Source: a bacterium
Lineage (GTDB): Bacteria > UBA8248
DNA: 64,000 bases
Reading direction: 5' to 3'
NCBI GenBank assembly: GCA_965219955.1
Contig: OZ244799.1
Coordinates: 3,456,001-3,520,000, forward strand
The notes beneath the pieces are model-generated. The model saw only the letters and a list, made by a program, of their open reading frames with translations. It made no database searches and was not told the origin of the DNA. How positions within the stretch are numbered: position 1 is the first letter of the stretch; each line of letters starts with the position of its first letter. Position numbers and translations under genes: made by a program. This document shows positions 37,181-49,402 of the stretch, in pieces.

Positions 37181-38488
37181 ATGACTACGTTCCCGCAAAG
37201 CGGCCCCGCCAAAAAACCGAGATTCTACTACGGCTGGCTCATCGTCTGGCTCTCTTTCGCCACGCTGGGCTTCCACGTCGTCACGCGGTTTTCCTTCGGC
37301 ATCTTCCAGGTTCCCCTGCTCGAGGAATTCGGCTGGAGCCGGGGCCTTCTGAGCGGGGCGTTCTCGCTCTCGATGGCCACCTACGCCCTCGGCGCGCCGT
37401 TCGCCGGCTCGCTTCTGGAGAAAAAAGGCCCGCGCGCCATCATGCCCTGGGGGTCGGTGATACTGGGCCTCACGTTCATCTCGTGCTACTTCGTCTCCTC
37501 GCTCTGGCACCTCTACATCCTGTTCGGGCTCTTCGCCGGCTACGGCCTCTCGCTCAGCGGCTTCTCGACGCACAGCGCCATCATGCCGCGCTGGTTCGTG
37601 AAGAAAAGAGGCCGCGCCACGGGTATCGCGCTATCGGGCATCGGAATCGGCATCCTCGTCCTGGCGCCCTTGATCGAGCGGCTCATCGCGTCCGTGGGCT
37701 GGCGCTACACGTACGTGATCTTCGGCCTGATCATCCTGTGCGTCGTCGCTCCCGCGAGCTTTCTCCTCCTGCGCGACGTGCCCGAGGACGTCGGGCAGGG
37801 GCCGGACGGCGGCCCGCCGCGCAGCCCCGAGGAATTGGCGAAAGCCGGCGTCGGCCACGGCGGCGAGGGCAAGGGCGTGTGGGAGGTCTTCTCGGTCGTG
37901 AGGCGCGACATCCGATTCTGGTGCCTCATCCTGATGGTCTTCGCCATCGGGCTCAACAACAACACCATCATGAGCCAGCTGCAGCTCTATCTCGTCGACG
38001 TGGGATACGGCACCGCCCTTGCGGCCCTCATCTTCGGCTCCGTCGGCTTCATCCGGACGTTCGGCAGCATCGGCGGCGGATGGGTGGGCGACATCATCGG
38101 GCGCGGGCGCGGGGTGGCGCTTGCGGCCGTAGTGGTGGCGGCGGGCCTGACGCTCCTGCTCCTCATTCCCTACTTCGGCGGGGGCATCCTGCCGGGCTAC
38201 GCCTTCGCGCTGGTGTACGGGATCGGCATCGGCGCCATGAGCGCGTGCTATTCCGCCCTGGCAGGGGATTGCTTCGGTGGCCGCACCTACGGCGTCATCA
38301 TCGGCTTCATGGAGATCTGCTACGGGCTGGGAGGCGTCGTCGGCGCTCCATTCGCGGGCTTCATGTTCGATTACACGAAAAGCTACTTCATTCCCTTCCT
38401 GACGATCATCTTCTCCATGTTCATCTCGCTAGCCCTCGCGCTCTGGCTGCAGGCCTACATGAAAAAACACGGCCTGGAGCCGAGGTAG
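37181..38488 (+). CDS. MFS transporter
   Basis: RFYYGWLIV, WFVKKRGRATG and about 12 hydrophobic helices. Confidence 0.9.
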   Translation: MTTFPQSGPAKKPRFYYGWLIVWLSFATLGFHVVTRFSFGIFQVPLLEEFGWSRGLLSGAFSLSMATYALGAPFAGSLLEKKGPRAIMPWGSVILGLTFISCYFVSSLWHLYILFGLFAGYGLSLSGFSTHSAIMPRWFVKKRGRATGIALSGIGIGILVLAPLIERLIASVGWRYTYVIFGLIILCVVAPASFLLLRDVPEDVGQGPDGGPPRSPEELAKAGVGHGGEGKGVWEVFSVVRRDIRFWCLILMVFAIGLNNNTIMSQLQLYLVDVGYGTALAALIFGSVGFIRTFGSIGGGWVGDIIGRGRGVALAAVVVAAGLTLLLLIPYFGGGILPGYAFALVYGIGIGAMSACYSALAGDCFGGRTYGVIIGFMEICYGLGGVVGAPFAGFMFDYTKSYFIPFLTIIFSMFISLALALWLQAYMKKHGLEPR

Positions 38489-39028
38489 GCGGCAAGATTT
38501 CTCACCCGCGCAACATATTTCGATAATTTCCAGGGACTGCCGGCAAAATGAACGAAAACCGCCGGCTCGGCTCCGCCTGAGGGTTGACGTATTGGCCGGA
38601 TCATGCGATTTATCCTCCCGGCTCAATTTAGAGAATCGCATAACAAGCATTCACCATGTCGTCAGCGAGGGGACGATTCATTGGAGATGCGCTGCGCAGG
38701 TCCGGCATCATTTTCCTGTTCGAATGGCCCCAACCGTCTTTCCTCGCTCTCGATTTTCGTCCAAGGGGTAGCAAGAAAGGGTTGGTGAAATACGGTAAGA
38801 GAAATTCCAGGTAAGAACGGAAGGTAAGTCCCTGCCTGTTCGTCCTTCCCCCAGAACGAAGAAGTCAACCCAAGAACACGGCGCCGCCATCGCGTTATTC
38901 GGCCAGTCCGTTAGCGCGCGCGAGGATGGCGAACTGCGCGCTTACGTTCGAGGTGCGTCTTCCGGCTGTGGGGCGTGGCGAACGGGTCCGGAAAGTTATT
39001 CATTGATTTCATACAGAGGACTCGATCA

Positions 39029-40405
39029 ATGACCCACACGAGAAGGCAGTTTCTGAAGAACGCAGCAGCAGCCTCCGCGCTCCTCATGACGGGGTGCGCC
39101 GGCCCTTACGACCATAAAACTTCCTACACGAGCCAGATCATCAAGCCACGGAACCGGAACACTATTTTCCATTGGGTGGATACGGCCTTGCAACAAGTCC
39201 GCGACCAAAGGGCCACCGCTCCTCTGGCGGCGTACTGCTGCAGCCTGCCCCTGGCCGCAGGCTTTCTCGCTGCGAACGGGATTCTCCAGGCTTATGAAGA
39301 ACCCTTCGGAATCGGCGTCGGCCCGCGCGGCGCGGACCCCGAAGTCGCCTACGGCGTGGCCTTCGCCTACGCGGCGGCGGAAGCGTTCCAGCAGCCCTTC
39401 CTCTTCGAGCGCATGGCGTTTCTGGATCGCTTTCCCGGAAGCGAGTCGAAATCCCTGGGCGTCAGGTGGGGCCGAGCCGCCGCCGACAAAGTCCTCAAGA
39501 TGCGGACGAACGACGGCGCCGAACCCAGCGAGACCAACTATTATCTGGGCCGGTACGAGCGGCGAACGGACTCGTTAAGGTGGCGCCCGACCGGCCCTTT
39601 CTATGGCGCCAAGCCCGGACCTGCGTTCGCCTCGTTCGATCGCGGCCTATATCCGGGACATGGGCGGATCAAGCCATGGACGATGAAGAGCGGCTCGCAG
39701 TTTCGGGTTCCGGACTTCTATGACCCGAAAAGCCCGGAGTTCGCGGAGGAATTCGACCGCATCCGCCGCATCGGAGGGATGGACAGCACCATCCGAACCA
39801 CCGATCAGGAGCAAATCGCGCTCTTCTGGGAGGACGGCCCCTGGGGCATAACGCAGCCGGGACACATGATCTACATCGCCATGCAGATCCTCCAGGATCG
39901 GGGGCTTTCCTTCATCGAACTCGCGCGCGCCATCGCCTTGGTCGGCATGACGCAGTGTGACGCCTCGATTTGCGCATGGGACGCAAAGTACCATCACGAC
40001 ATCCTGCGCCCTGAAACCGCCATTCGCATGCGCGCCCCCAGGTTCGGCAACCCGGATTCGAGGGTGGCTCGGCAACCCGACTGGCGCAGCTACATCCCGA
40101 CCCCGGAATTTCCCTCCTACACTTCGGGGCACTCCACGTTCGGCGCCGCCGCCGCAGAGTTGATCGCGCTGGTTTATGGCCGTGACGACGTTTCGTTCTC
40201 GGGCCGCTCTCCCGACGAGGTCCTGTGGCCGCAACTGAGGGGCGTCACCAGACACTGGCGGAGCCTCTCCCACATGGCCGAAGAAAACGGGATCAGCCGC
40301 ATCTACGGCGGCGTTCACTGGGAGATCGACAACACGCAGGCATTGAAGGCGGGCCAGGCCATCGCGCGCCAGGCCTTTCATTCCACCTTCCCCAAAAAGG
40401 CTTGA
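39029..40405 (+). CDS. Vanadium-dependent haloperoxidase (PAP2 superfamily), predicted Tat lipoprotein
   Basis: TRRQFLK Tat motif plus LMTG-C lipobox-like site. Vanadate-binding motifs KYHHDILRP, PSYTSGHS and SRIYGGVHW. Confidence 0.85.
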   Translation: MTHTRRQFLKNAAAASALLMTGCAGPYDHKTSYTSQIIKPRNRNTIFHWVDTALQQVRDQRATAPLAAYCCSLPLAAGFLAANGILQAYEEPFGIGVGPRGADPEVAYGVAFAYAAAEAFQQPFLFERMAFLDRFPGSESKSLGVRWGRAAADKVLKMRTNDGAEPSETNYYLGRYERRTDSLRWRPTGPFYGAKPGPAFASFDRGLYPGHGRIKPWTMKSGSQFRVPDFYDPKSPEFAEEFDRIRRIGGMDSTIRTTDQEQIALFWEDGPWGITQPGHMIYIAMQILQDRGLSFIELARAIALVGMTQCDASICAWDAKYHHDILRPETAIRMRAPRFGNPDSRVARQPDWRSYIPTPEFPSYTSGHSTFGAAAAELIALVYGRDDVSFSGRSPDEVLWPQLRGVTRHWRSLSHMAEENGISRIYGGVHWEIDNTQALKAGQAIARQAFHSTFPKKA

Positions 40406-40409
40406 GATC

Positions 40410-41468
40410 ATGACGAAACGAAAAACAACTCCGTGGTTTCGCCTTTTTGGGGCGGCGGTTATTTTCACATGCGCCATCGGTGCGGCGAGGCACGCCGCGG
40501 CGCAGGAAATTTTTCTCAACTACGACGACATGTCGCTGTTCGAAGCCCCTCTCGCCACCGAGGTCGGTGACGTCACGCTCCTCCTGAAAGGCACGGCGGT
40601 AGGAGCGTGGACCCATAAACGGAAAAGCAGTGGTTCGGACGAGAGCTTTAGCGGCGGCTTGCAGGCGGGCGCCCAGACGCAATTACCCAACCGCTGGCGG
40701 GTCCGCCTGAGCTATACGGGCCGATACGCCACCGATCCGCAGGAAAGCCCCGACGCAGGCTTCGCCTCCAGGGTGGATGAAGAATACGAGGATGACGTCT
40801 TGCTCTCGGTCGGAGGCGCCTGGGGCACGGTAGTGAGCGGCAATGTTTCGAAAGCCGTTCGCGGCCAGACACGGCGCTCCGGGGGAGCGGGAGCGGCTTC
40901 TCTGTCTTTCGACGATGTATTCGGATCGCTTGCGGACTGGGGCGGCGGCTATCTGGTTCGCATGGGTCCCTGGGTCCTGAGCGCGGTGGTGGACGAGGAG
41001 GGGGGTTTCGACGTCGGGGCGATGTATCAGCGTCCCATTGCCGAGAAGGACTATCGCCTGACCGCGCGATACACCCAGGGCGTTTTCACTTCAGCCGACG
41101 GGGTAAGGCGGTTCGACACGAAAGCCGTCAGCGGCGTGGGCGAACTTATCTACGGGAGCGCCTTGTTCGATCTCGGCGCAGGCTACGAAACCCTCTCATC
41201 ACCCGGTCTGGAGTTCGATCAATGGTACGTCTCATCGGGGGTTCGCATCAAAATCGGCGTCCTGAGTTTATCGGTCGAAGGCCACTACGGCCGGATCGAA
41301 GACGTGGAGAAAACCTCCGCCGCCCTGGGCGTTCAATACGACCTGGCGCGGGGACTGTCCGCCAATTTCGGTCTCAACTATGAAGACGCGAGCGTGAGCC
41401 TCGGGGGCGTGAACCTCATTGCGTCCAAAGGAACCAAGGCCGTTCTTTCGCTCAGTTACAGTTTCTAG
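40410..41468 (+). CDS. Porin-like outer-membrane beta-barrel protein
   Basis: Signal peptide (AAA|Q), alternating beta-strands (ALGVQYDLARGLSANFG) and a C-terminal Phe (LSYSF). Confidence 0.75.
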   Translation: MTKRKTTPWFRLFGAAVIFTCAIGAARHAAAQEIFLNYDDMSLFEAPLATEVGDVTLLLKGTAVGAWTHKRKSSGSDESFSGGLQAGAQTQLPNRWRVRLSYTGRYATDPQESPDAGFASRVDEEYEDDVLLSVGGAWGTVVSGNVSKAVRGQTRRSGGAGAASLSFDDVFGSLADWGGGYLVRMGPWVLSAVVDEEGGFDVGAMYQRPIAEKDYRLTARYTQGVFTSADGVRRFDTKAVSGVGELIYGSALFDLGAGYETLSSPGLEFDQWYVSSGVRIKIGVLSLSVEGHYGRIEDVEKTSAALGVQYDLARGLSANFGLNYEDASVSLGGVNLIASKGTKAVLSLSYSF

Positions 41469-41524
41469 CGCTCTGCCTGTGAAACATTCCTGAAAACGGC
41501 CTCGCCAACATACGCGCGGGGCCG

Positions 41525-42394
41525 CTACTTCAGGTTTTCGAGATACCGCTTCACCTCGTAGCGTTCGGTGAGCTCGATGAACTTCTGTCGCATCGCTTCC
41601 TGCCTGTTGCGCTCACCCATCTCCTTGGTGATTTTCTCCGCCACTTCCGAGAAATCGAGTTGCTTCGCTTCCTCCTTCCTGGAGGTTTTCACGACGTGCC
41701 AGCCGTAGATGCTCTGCACGACACCGCTGTGCGCGCCCGGATCGAGAGAAAACGCCGTCTGCTCGATGATCTCGGGCAGGCCCGTCTTCTTGCTGTGGCC
41801 CCGCTCCATCTCGCCCAGGCTCCCGCCGAGCGCGCGCTCGGGCGCGAGGGAATACTTCTTCGCCAGTTCGGCGAAGTCCCCTCCCCCAGCGATCTTCGCC
41901 AGCAAATCGTTCGCCTCTTTCTCGGAAGCCACCATGATATGGGCCGCGGTGACCTTGCCCCCCTTGGTGTATTTCGCCTTGTTGCGCTCATACTCTGCGC
42001 GGATTTCGGACGCCTTGGGCCGCGCGCCCTCTTCGATTCTGCGAATCGCCTCGCCGATGAGAATCTCGCGCCGCGCGCGCTCGATTTGCATCTTCACCCG
42101 CTCGGCGCCCAGAAAATTGCTCTCATCCGCATGCCGGAGCATGAGTCTGCGCTGAATGAGGGCTTCCAGGAACGCCGGCTTATTCGCATCCGCCTGCGCC
42201 TGCATGTTGGCGGGCAACTGGTAGATGAAGGCGTTAAATGCCCCGAGCGTTATCGGCATATCTCCAACGTGCGCGACGACGCTCTCCTCAGCCGCCTTCG
42301 AGCCGCTCCTGGGCGCGGCGGATGCTGTGGAGATGAAAATCAGAAAAGCCGCGAGGGTGAGGACTGCAATTTTTCCGATGGGCGGGCGCGTCAT
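41525..42394 (-). CDS. PpiC-type peptidyl-prolyl isomerase (PrsA/SurA-like)
   Basis: AHIMV, DFAELAKKYS, GGSLG, SIYGWHVVK and a signal peptide. Confidence 0.88.
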   Translation of the reverse strand: MTRPPIGKIAVLTLAAFLIFISTASAAPRSGSKAAEESVVAHVGDMPITLGAFNAFIYQLPANMQAQADANKPAFLEALIQRRLMLRHADESNFLGAERVKMQIERARREILIGEAIRRIEEGARPKASEIRAEYERNKAKYTKGGKVTAAHIMVASEKEANDLLAKIAGGGDFAELAKKYSLAPERALGGSLGEMERGHSKKTGLPEIIEQTAFSLDPGAHSGVVQSIYGWHVVKTSRKEEAKQLDFSEVAEKITKEMGERNRQEAMRQKFIELTERYEVKRYLENLK

Positions 42395-42473
42395 GACGTG
42401 TCTCCTGAAAATATGGCGGGCAAATGAGGAAAGGGAGAGCATACAACAAATCGCGCATGGCTGCCTTCCGCCC

Positions 42474-43187
42474 TCAATCGCCAGCCTTCTCCATCCGCTT
42501 CGGGCCGATGAGGAGGACGCACTCGCCCTTGATTCTCTTGTCCTCGAGCGCATCGGCCAGCGCCTGCGCCGTGTTCCTCAAAATTTCCTCGTGGAGTTTC
42601 GTGATCTCGCGCGCAAGGGCCAGGGGCCGCGCGGGCGCGATGGCGGCGATCTCGCTCACGAGCCTCGGCGTTCTGTGGGGCGATTCGAAAACGACGACCG
42701 TGCGCTCCTCGCTCAGGAGCGCTTCGATCTTTTGAAGCCTCTTCCGGCCCTTCGGGGGAAGGAACCCCTCGAATACGAAGCTGTCGGTGGGAAGCCCCGA
42801 GGCGGTGAGCGCGGCGAGAACGGAGGACGGCCCGGGTACGGGAACGACGGCGACGCCCGCTTCTATCGCGGCGCGCACCACCCGGTAGGCGGGGTCGGAA
42901 ACGCCCGGCGTCCCCGCGTCGGACACCACGGCGACGCGCTCGCCTTGAAGAGCGCGCGCGGCGAGTTCACCGGCGCGCCTCGCCTCGTTGTGTTCGTGAT
43001 AGCTCAGGAGCGGTTTCTTGATTCCGAGCCTGGAGAGCAGCCTGCCCGTGTGGCGCGTGTCCTCGCACGCGATGAGGTCGCACTCGCGCAGGATCCTTAA
43101 AGCGCGTTCGGTGATGTCTTCGAGATTTCCAATCGGTGTGGCGACGAGATAGACGCCGGGGGAGAGGGGCGGCGGCGGCTTGGCCAT
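42474..43187 (-). CDS. rsmI: 16S rRNA (cytidine1402-2'-O)-methyltransferase
   Basis: LVATPIGNLEDIT, CEDTRHT, VSDAGTP, FESPHR, REITKLHEE. Confidence 0.95.
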   Translation of the reverse strand: MAKPPPPLSPGVYLVATPIGNLEDITERALRILRECDLIACEDTRHTGRLLSRLGIKKPLLSYHEHNEARRAGELAARALQGERVAVVSDAGTPGVSDPAYRVVRAAIEAGVAVVPVPGPSSVLAALTASGLPTDSFVFEGFLPPKGRKRLQKIEALLSEERTVVVFESPHRTPRLVSEIAAIAPARPLALAREITKLHEEILRNTAQALADALEDKRIKGECVLLIGPKRMEKAGD

Positions 43188-43191
43188 GCGC

Positions 43192-44394
43192 TCAGGCCAC
43201 GACGCCCGCTTCTCGCAGGTTTGCTATGTCATCCTCGCTCGTTCCGAACTCGCGGAGCACCTCGTCGGTGTGCTCTCCCAGCAGGGGCGCGGGCGTCCTC
43301 ACGCCGACGCGCGTCTGAGACAGCTTGGGCGGGAAGCCCAGGACCCGGATATGGCCCGCCGCGGGGTGTTCCATCTCGACGCTCATCTCCCTGGCCTGAA
43401 TCTGGGGATGCGCAAAAGTCTCCGCCATGTTCAGGATCGGCCCGCAGGGGATGCCGCCCGAATCGAGAAGCGCCACCCACTCGTCCCGCGTCTTTTCGAT
43501 GAACACCTCTTCGAGTTCGCTTGCGAGTGCGAGATAGTTCTCGCGCCGTAATCCATCGCTCGCGTATTCCGCACGCTCCAGCAGGTCTTCGCGCCCGATC
43601 GTTCCGCAGAAGAGCTCCCAGTTCCTCTGGTTGGCGGCGCCCAGGGCCAGATAGCCGTCCTTGCACTGAAAGGCCTGGTAGGGGGCCGTCATCTCGTGGG
43701 CTGAGCCGAGAGGTTCGGGCGGCTCGCCGGAGGGGAAGAACTGCGACGCCTGCCAGAAGGTGTAGCCGAGGCCTGCGTCGGTCAGCGCCATGTCGATGCG
43801 CTGGCCTTCGCCCGTGCGCTGTTTGTGGATGTAGGCGGAGAGGATCGAGAGCGCCGTGTACATGCCTGCGTTCAGATCGCATATCGGCACGGGAATCTTA
43901 GCAGGCGCGCCGCCCGGCTCGCCCGTGAAGCTCATGAGGCTCGAGAGGCCCTGCGAGACGAGATCGAACCCGCCCTTGCCCGCGAATGGGCCTGAGTCGC
44001 CGTAACCGGAAATGGAGGCGTAGACGAGGCCCGGGTTGAGTTCTTTCAGGTCCTCATAGCCCAGGCCGAGCCTCGTCATGATGCCGGGGCGTATGTTCTC
44101 GACGAACACGTCGACCCCTTTCGCGAGTTCCTTCATGAGCGCGACGCCTTCGGGCGTCTTCATGTTCACCGCCAGACTGCGCTTGTTGCGGTTCAGGTTC
44201 ATGAAGCCGTGGGCTTCGCCGCCGTCATAATAGCGGCCCAGCCGGCGCGCGCTGTCGCCGCCGTCTGGGTTTTCGATCTTGATGACGTCCGCGCCCATGT
44301 CCGCCAGCAGGCACCCGCAGAACGGGCCGGCCATCACCTGGCAGACCTCCAGCACGCGAACGCCCTCGAGCGGCCCACCCGTCTTTCGGCTCAT
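43192..44394 (-). CDS. CoA-transferase family III (CaiB/BaiF)
   Basis: PLEGVRVLE, DMGADVIKIE, NRNKRS, SISGYGDSGP, APLLGEHT. Confidence 0.92.
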   Translation of the reverse strand: MSRKTGGPLEGVRVLEVCQVMAGPFCGCLLADMGADVIKIENPDGGDSARRLGRYYDGGEAHGFMNLNRNKRSLAVNMKTPEGVALMKELAKGVDVFVENIRPGIMTRLGLGYEDLKELNPGLVYASISGYGDSGPFAGKGGFDLVSQGLSSLMSFTGEPGGAPAKIPVPICDLNAGMYTALSILSAYIHKQRTGEGQRIDMALTDAGLGYTFWQASQFFPSGEPPEPLGSAHEMTAPYQAFQCKDGYLALGAANQRNWELFCGTIGREDLLERAEYASDGLRRENYLALASELEEVFIEKTRDEWVALLDSGGIPCGPILNMAETFAHPQIQAREMSVEMEHPAAGHIRVLGFPPKLSQTRVGVRTPAPLLGEHTDEVLREFGTSEDDIANLREAGVVA

Positions 44395-44398
44395 CCGT

Positions 44399-45208
44399 TT
44401 ATTTTCCCCGGAATTCAGGCGCGCGCTTGCTCAGAAACGCTTCCACGCCCTCTCTGAAATCTTCGGTGTCGAAGCAGGCGACCTCGCGCGCCTTCTCTTC
44501 TTCGGTGAGAGTGGAGAGGCCCGGATCGAGCAGCACCTTCTTCACGAAACTCTTGTGCCACTTGTGAACGAGGGGCGCCAGGGAAACGATGCGCTCCGCC
44601 ATCCCGTACGCCGCGGCCTCCACCTCCTCGTCCGGCACGACGCGCGCCAGAAAGCCGGCGCCCAGCATCTCCTGCGCCGTGAAGAGCTTGGCGGTGAGCA
44701 GCATGTCCAGCGTGCGCGCGGGGCCGATGGAATATACGAAGCGCCTGAGTTCGGAATAGCCCGCCACGAGGCCGAGTTTGGCCACCGGAATCCCGAAGCG
44801 GGAACTCTCGCCCGCGACCCGCAAGTCCGTGGCGGCGGCGAGCTCCACGCCTCCGCCCACGCAGGCGCCGCGAATGAGGCAGATGACGGGCTTGGAGAAC
44901 GCATCGACCGCATCGAGACCGCGCAGAAAGCCTGTTTCCGAGAAATGTTTCGCCTGGGCGGAACTGTAGCGCTCCTGCTTGAAGCGCGAGATGTCCGCCC
45001 CGGCCGAGAAGGCGCGTTCGCCTGCGCCCCGGAACACGACGGCGCGCACCGAATCGTCCGCGTCGAGTTCGGGCATGAGGCTGCCGATTTCCACCCACAT
45101 CTCATACTCGATGGCGTTCAGCCGCTCGGGCGCGTTGAAGGTGATCGTCGCCACCGCGTCCTTGCGGGAGAGCAGTATTTTTCCGTCCGCGCGTTGTTCT
45201 TCGCTCAC
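44399..45208 (-). CDS. Enoyl-CoA hydratase/isomerase family protein
   Basis: FSAGADIS, GACVGGGVELA, DFREGVEAFLSKR. Confidence 0.9.
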   Translation of the reverse strand: MSEEQRADGKILLSRKDAVATITFNAPERLNAIEYEMWVEIGSLMPELDADDSVRAVVFRGAGERAFSAGADISRFKQERYSSAQAKHFSETGFLRGLDAVDAFSKPVICLIRGACVGGGVELAAATDLRVAGESSRFGIPVAKLGLVAGYSELRRFVYSIGPARTLDMLLTAKLFTAQEMLGAGFLARVVPDEEVEAAAYGMAERIVSLAPLVHKWHKSFVKKVLLDPGLSTLTEEEKAREVACFDTEDFREGVEAFLSKRAPEFRGK

Positions 45209-45300
45209 GTCAATCGCCCCCGAATCAATCTCTGCCGCGTATCAGCCGACAAAAGTCCGGCCGGAATATCCCACTGCCGCTCGACAAACGGGAGAAAGGC

Positions 45301-45519
45301 TTACGCTTCCTGCGCATCCTTGTATTCTTCGAGCCACGCCATCTGGATGGCCTCGAGCTTGCCCTCCGTCGAGGTCTTTGGATCGTCGTCGAACTCCTCG
45401 AGTTCGCACACCCACTCGTGCAAGTCGGTGAAGCGCACGGAGAGCGGGTCCAGCTTCGGAAATTTCTCGTACAGCGCGATGCCGATGTCCTCGGCGTCTT
45501 CCCAGCCAAACGTGTCCAC
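45301..45519 (-). CDS. iscX: Fe-S cluster assembly protein IscX
   Basis: DPLSVRFTDLHEW...FDDDP...EGKLEAIQMAWLEE, last gene of the isc operon. Confidence 0.92.
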   Translation of the reverse strand: MDTFGWEDAEDIGIALYEKFPKLDPLSVRFTDLHEWVCELEEFDDDPKTSTEGKLEAIQMAWLEEYKDAQEA

Positions 45520-45544
45520 CGGTTTCTCTCCTGAACCGAAATTC

Positions 45545-45901
45545 CTAATGGGCGTGTTGCTCGCGGGCCGCGTCCGGGCCTTCCTGCACGAGGTTCACGT
45601 TCCAGAACGGCACCTCGATCTCGATGACCTCGTCCGTGTCGGTCTCCAGCGTCGCCTGGCAGGCGAGCCGGCTGTCGAGGTCCACGTCGCGCGCGTCGTC
45701 GAGCTGGTCTTCCTCATCCTCGGTGGATTCGTTGAAGCAGTCCGCGCCGGTCCGGATCTTCACGTGGCATGTCGAGCAGGCGCACACGCCGCCGCAGGCA
45801 TGATCCAGGTCGAAGCCGTTTTCAAGCGCCACTTCGAGAATGTTCTCGCCCTCATGGATCTCTAACGTCTGTTTCTCTTCCGTGAAATGTAGTTTCGCCA
45901 T
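45545..45901 (-). CDS. fdx: ISC [2Fe-2S] ferredoxin
   Basis: HACGGVCACSTCHV and SRLACQ. Confidence 0.92.
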   Translation of the reverse strand: MAKLHFTEEKQTLEIHEGENILEVALENGFDLDHACGGVCACSTCHVKIRTGADCFNESTEDEEDQLDDARDVDLDSRLACQATLETDTDEVIEIEVPFWNVNLVQEGPDAAREQHAH

Positions 45902-45940
45902 TTTCTTCCCCTGCACTCCGCTCGAGTCGCCCCGCGGTTA

Positions 45941-47772
<1,832 letters not shown>

Positions 47773-47776
<4 letters not shown>

Positions 47777-48414
47777 TCGCTCTCCTCCAGGGCGCGCCTG
47801 AGGCTCGTGAGGGTGTTCTCGATGTAGTTCCTCTGTCCGAGGATGGAGCGCATCTTCCCCACGATATCGGGCGGCGCGGGTTCGCCCCTGTCCACCGCCT
47901 CGTCCCAGGCGGCGCCCAGCCTGTCGAGCGCCGTGCGCTGTCCGTCCCGGAGCGCGGAAAAGCACCCCATGGCCGCGTTCAGGCGCTCGCGCAGATTCTC
48001 GGCTTCCTCTTCGTCCACGCAGCCCTGAAACTCCTCCGCAGCCTCCTGGGCCTCGAATATCTCCTCGAACAACTCGGGCGGGGGCCTCCGCTCGTTCTCG
48101 TCGAGCTTTCCGCTTTCGAGCTGCACGAGATAGATGGCGCGCGCAATCGGATCCTTGAGGGCCTGGTACGCCTCGTTGATGCGCGCGGTCGCGTCCAGGC
48201 TCCTGATCCGCACCGCGGCGGGCGCATCCATGAAGAAATCGGGGTGAAGCCTGCGGTTCAGCTCGTAGAACCTGGTCTCGAGCGCCTCGGCGTCGGCCTT
48301 GAACCTTCGCCGAACCCCCAGCAGGGCGAAATGATCGACCTCGGCGGGAACGGCTTCTATCTCGCCGTCTTCATCGAAGATGGAAAAAGGCTTTTCTTTC
48401 GTCGCTTCGCTCAT
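47773..48414 (-). CDS. hscB: Co-chaperone HscB
   Basis: J-domain [21 protein letters not shown]. Confidence 0.9.
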
Positions 48415-48519
48415 CTCGCGATTCCAGGCCCGCATGAACAGCCGGGCGATTTGAACTCAAAAGAAAAACGCGTCGCTATCCCATGCGGCATGGGCGCGGC
48501 GCGTTTCATCCCGGTTGCG

Positions 48520-48876
48520 TTACGCGGAAAAACTTTCCCCGCAACCACAGGACTGGCGTGCGTTGGGGTTCTTGAACACAAAACCCTTGCCCATCAGCCC
48601 GTCTTCGAAATCCAGCATGGTGCCCGCCAGGAAAAAGAGGCTCTTCTTGTCCACGACCACCCGGACGCCGTCTTTTTCGAACACCTCGTCCATCAGCGGG
48701 TTGATGCGTTCTTCGCCCTCGAACTGAAGGACGTAGGAAAGCCCGGAGCAGCCCCCGCCCTTCACGCCGACGCGCAGAACGCGGCCCTGCGCCCCCTCTT
48801 TCTCCATGAAGCGGTTCACGTGCTCCACCGCCTTGTCGGTGATTTCGATGCTCAGTCTTTTCGCAGCGGTCTCCAT
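48520..48876 (-). CDS. iscA: Fe-S cluster assembly protein IscA
   Basis: VKGGGCSGLSY and NPNARQSCGCGESF. Confidence 0.93.
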   Translation of the reverse strand: METAAKRLSIEITDKAVEHVNRFMEKEGAQGRVLRVGVKGGGCSGLSYVLQFEGEERINPLMDEVFEKDGVRVVVDKKSLFFLAGTMLDFEDGLMGKGFVFKNPNARQSCGCGESFSA

Positions 48877-48907
48877 ACCCTGCCCCTTACATGCGAATCG
48901 CCCGCTT

Positions 48908-49318
48908 CTAGTGGTGGCCCTTGCGCTCGACCACCGGCATCCCGTTTTTCTCGCGAAAATCGTTCAGCGCGGTCTTGATGGCGTCTTCGGCCAGCACGGA
49001 ACAGTGGATCTTCACCGGCGGGAGGTTCAGCTCCTCGACGATCTGCGTGTTCCTGATCTCCTCGGCCTCGTCCACCGTCTTGCCCTTGAGCCACTCGGTG
49101 GCCAGGGAACTCGAGGCGATGGCGCTTCCGCAGCCGAAGGTCTTGAACTTCGCGTCCTCGATGAGGCCGCCGTCGTCCACCTTGATCTGGAGCTTCATCA
49201 CGTCGCCGCATTCGGGCGCGCCGACGATGCCCGTGCCCACCGTCTGGTCGTTCTTGTCGAGCGAACCGACGTTGCGCGGGTTGTTGTAGTGATCGACCAC
49301 CTTGTCGCTGTAAGCCAT
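48908..49318 (-). CDS. iscU: Fe-S scaffold IscU
   Basis: YSDKVVDHYNNPRNVG, APECGDVM, GCGSAIASSS, LPPVKIHCS. Confidence 0.96.
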   Translation of the reverse strand: MAYSDKVVDHYNNPRNVGSLDKNDQTVGTGIVGAPECGDVMKLQIKVDDGGLIEDAKFKTFGCGSAIASSSLATEWLKGKTVDEAEEIRNTQIVEELNLPPVKIHCSVLAEDAIKTALNDFREKNGMPVVERKGHH

Positions 49319-49402
49319 TTTCCCGTTCTCCTCTTTCCAGTTGCTGCGATTCCGGATTCCTGCGAGCCGCAGGCTCTATATCAAAATAAGCTCAACGCTC
49401 CT

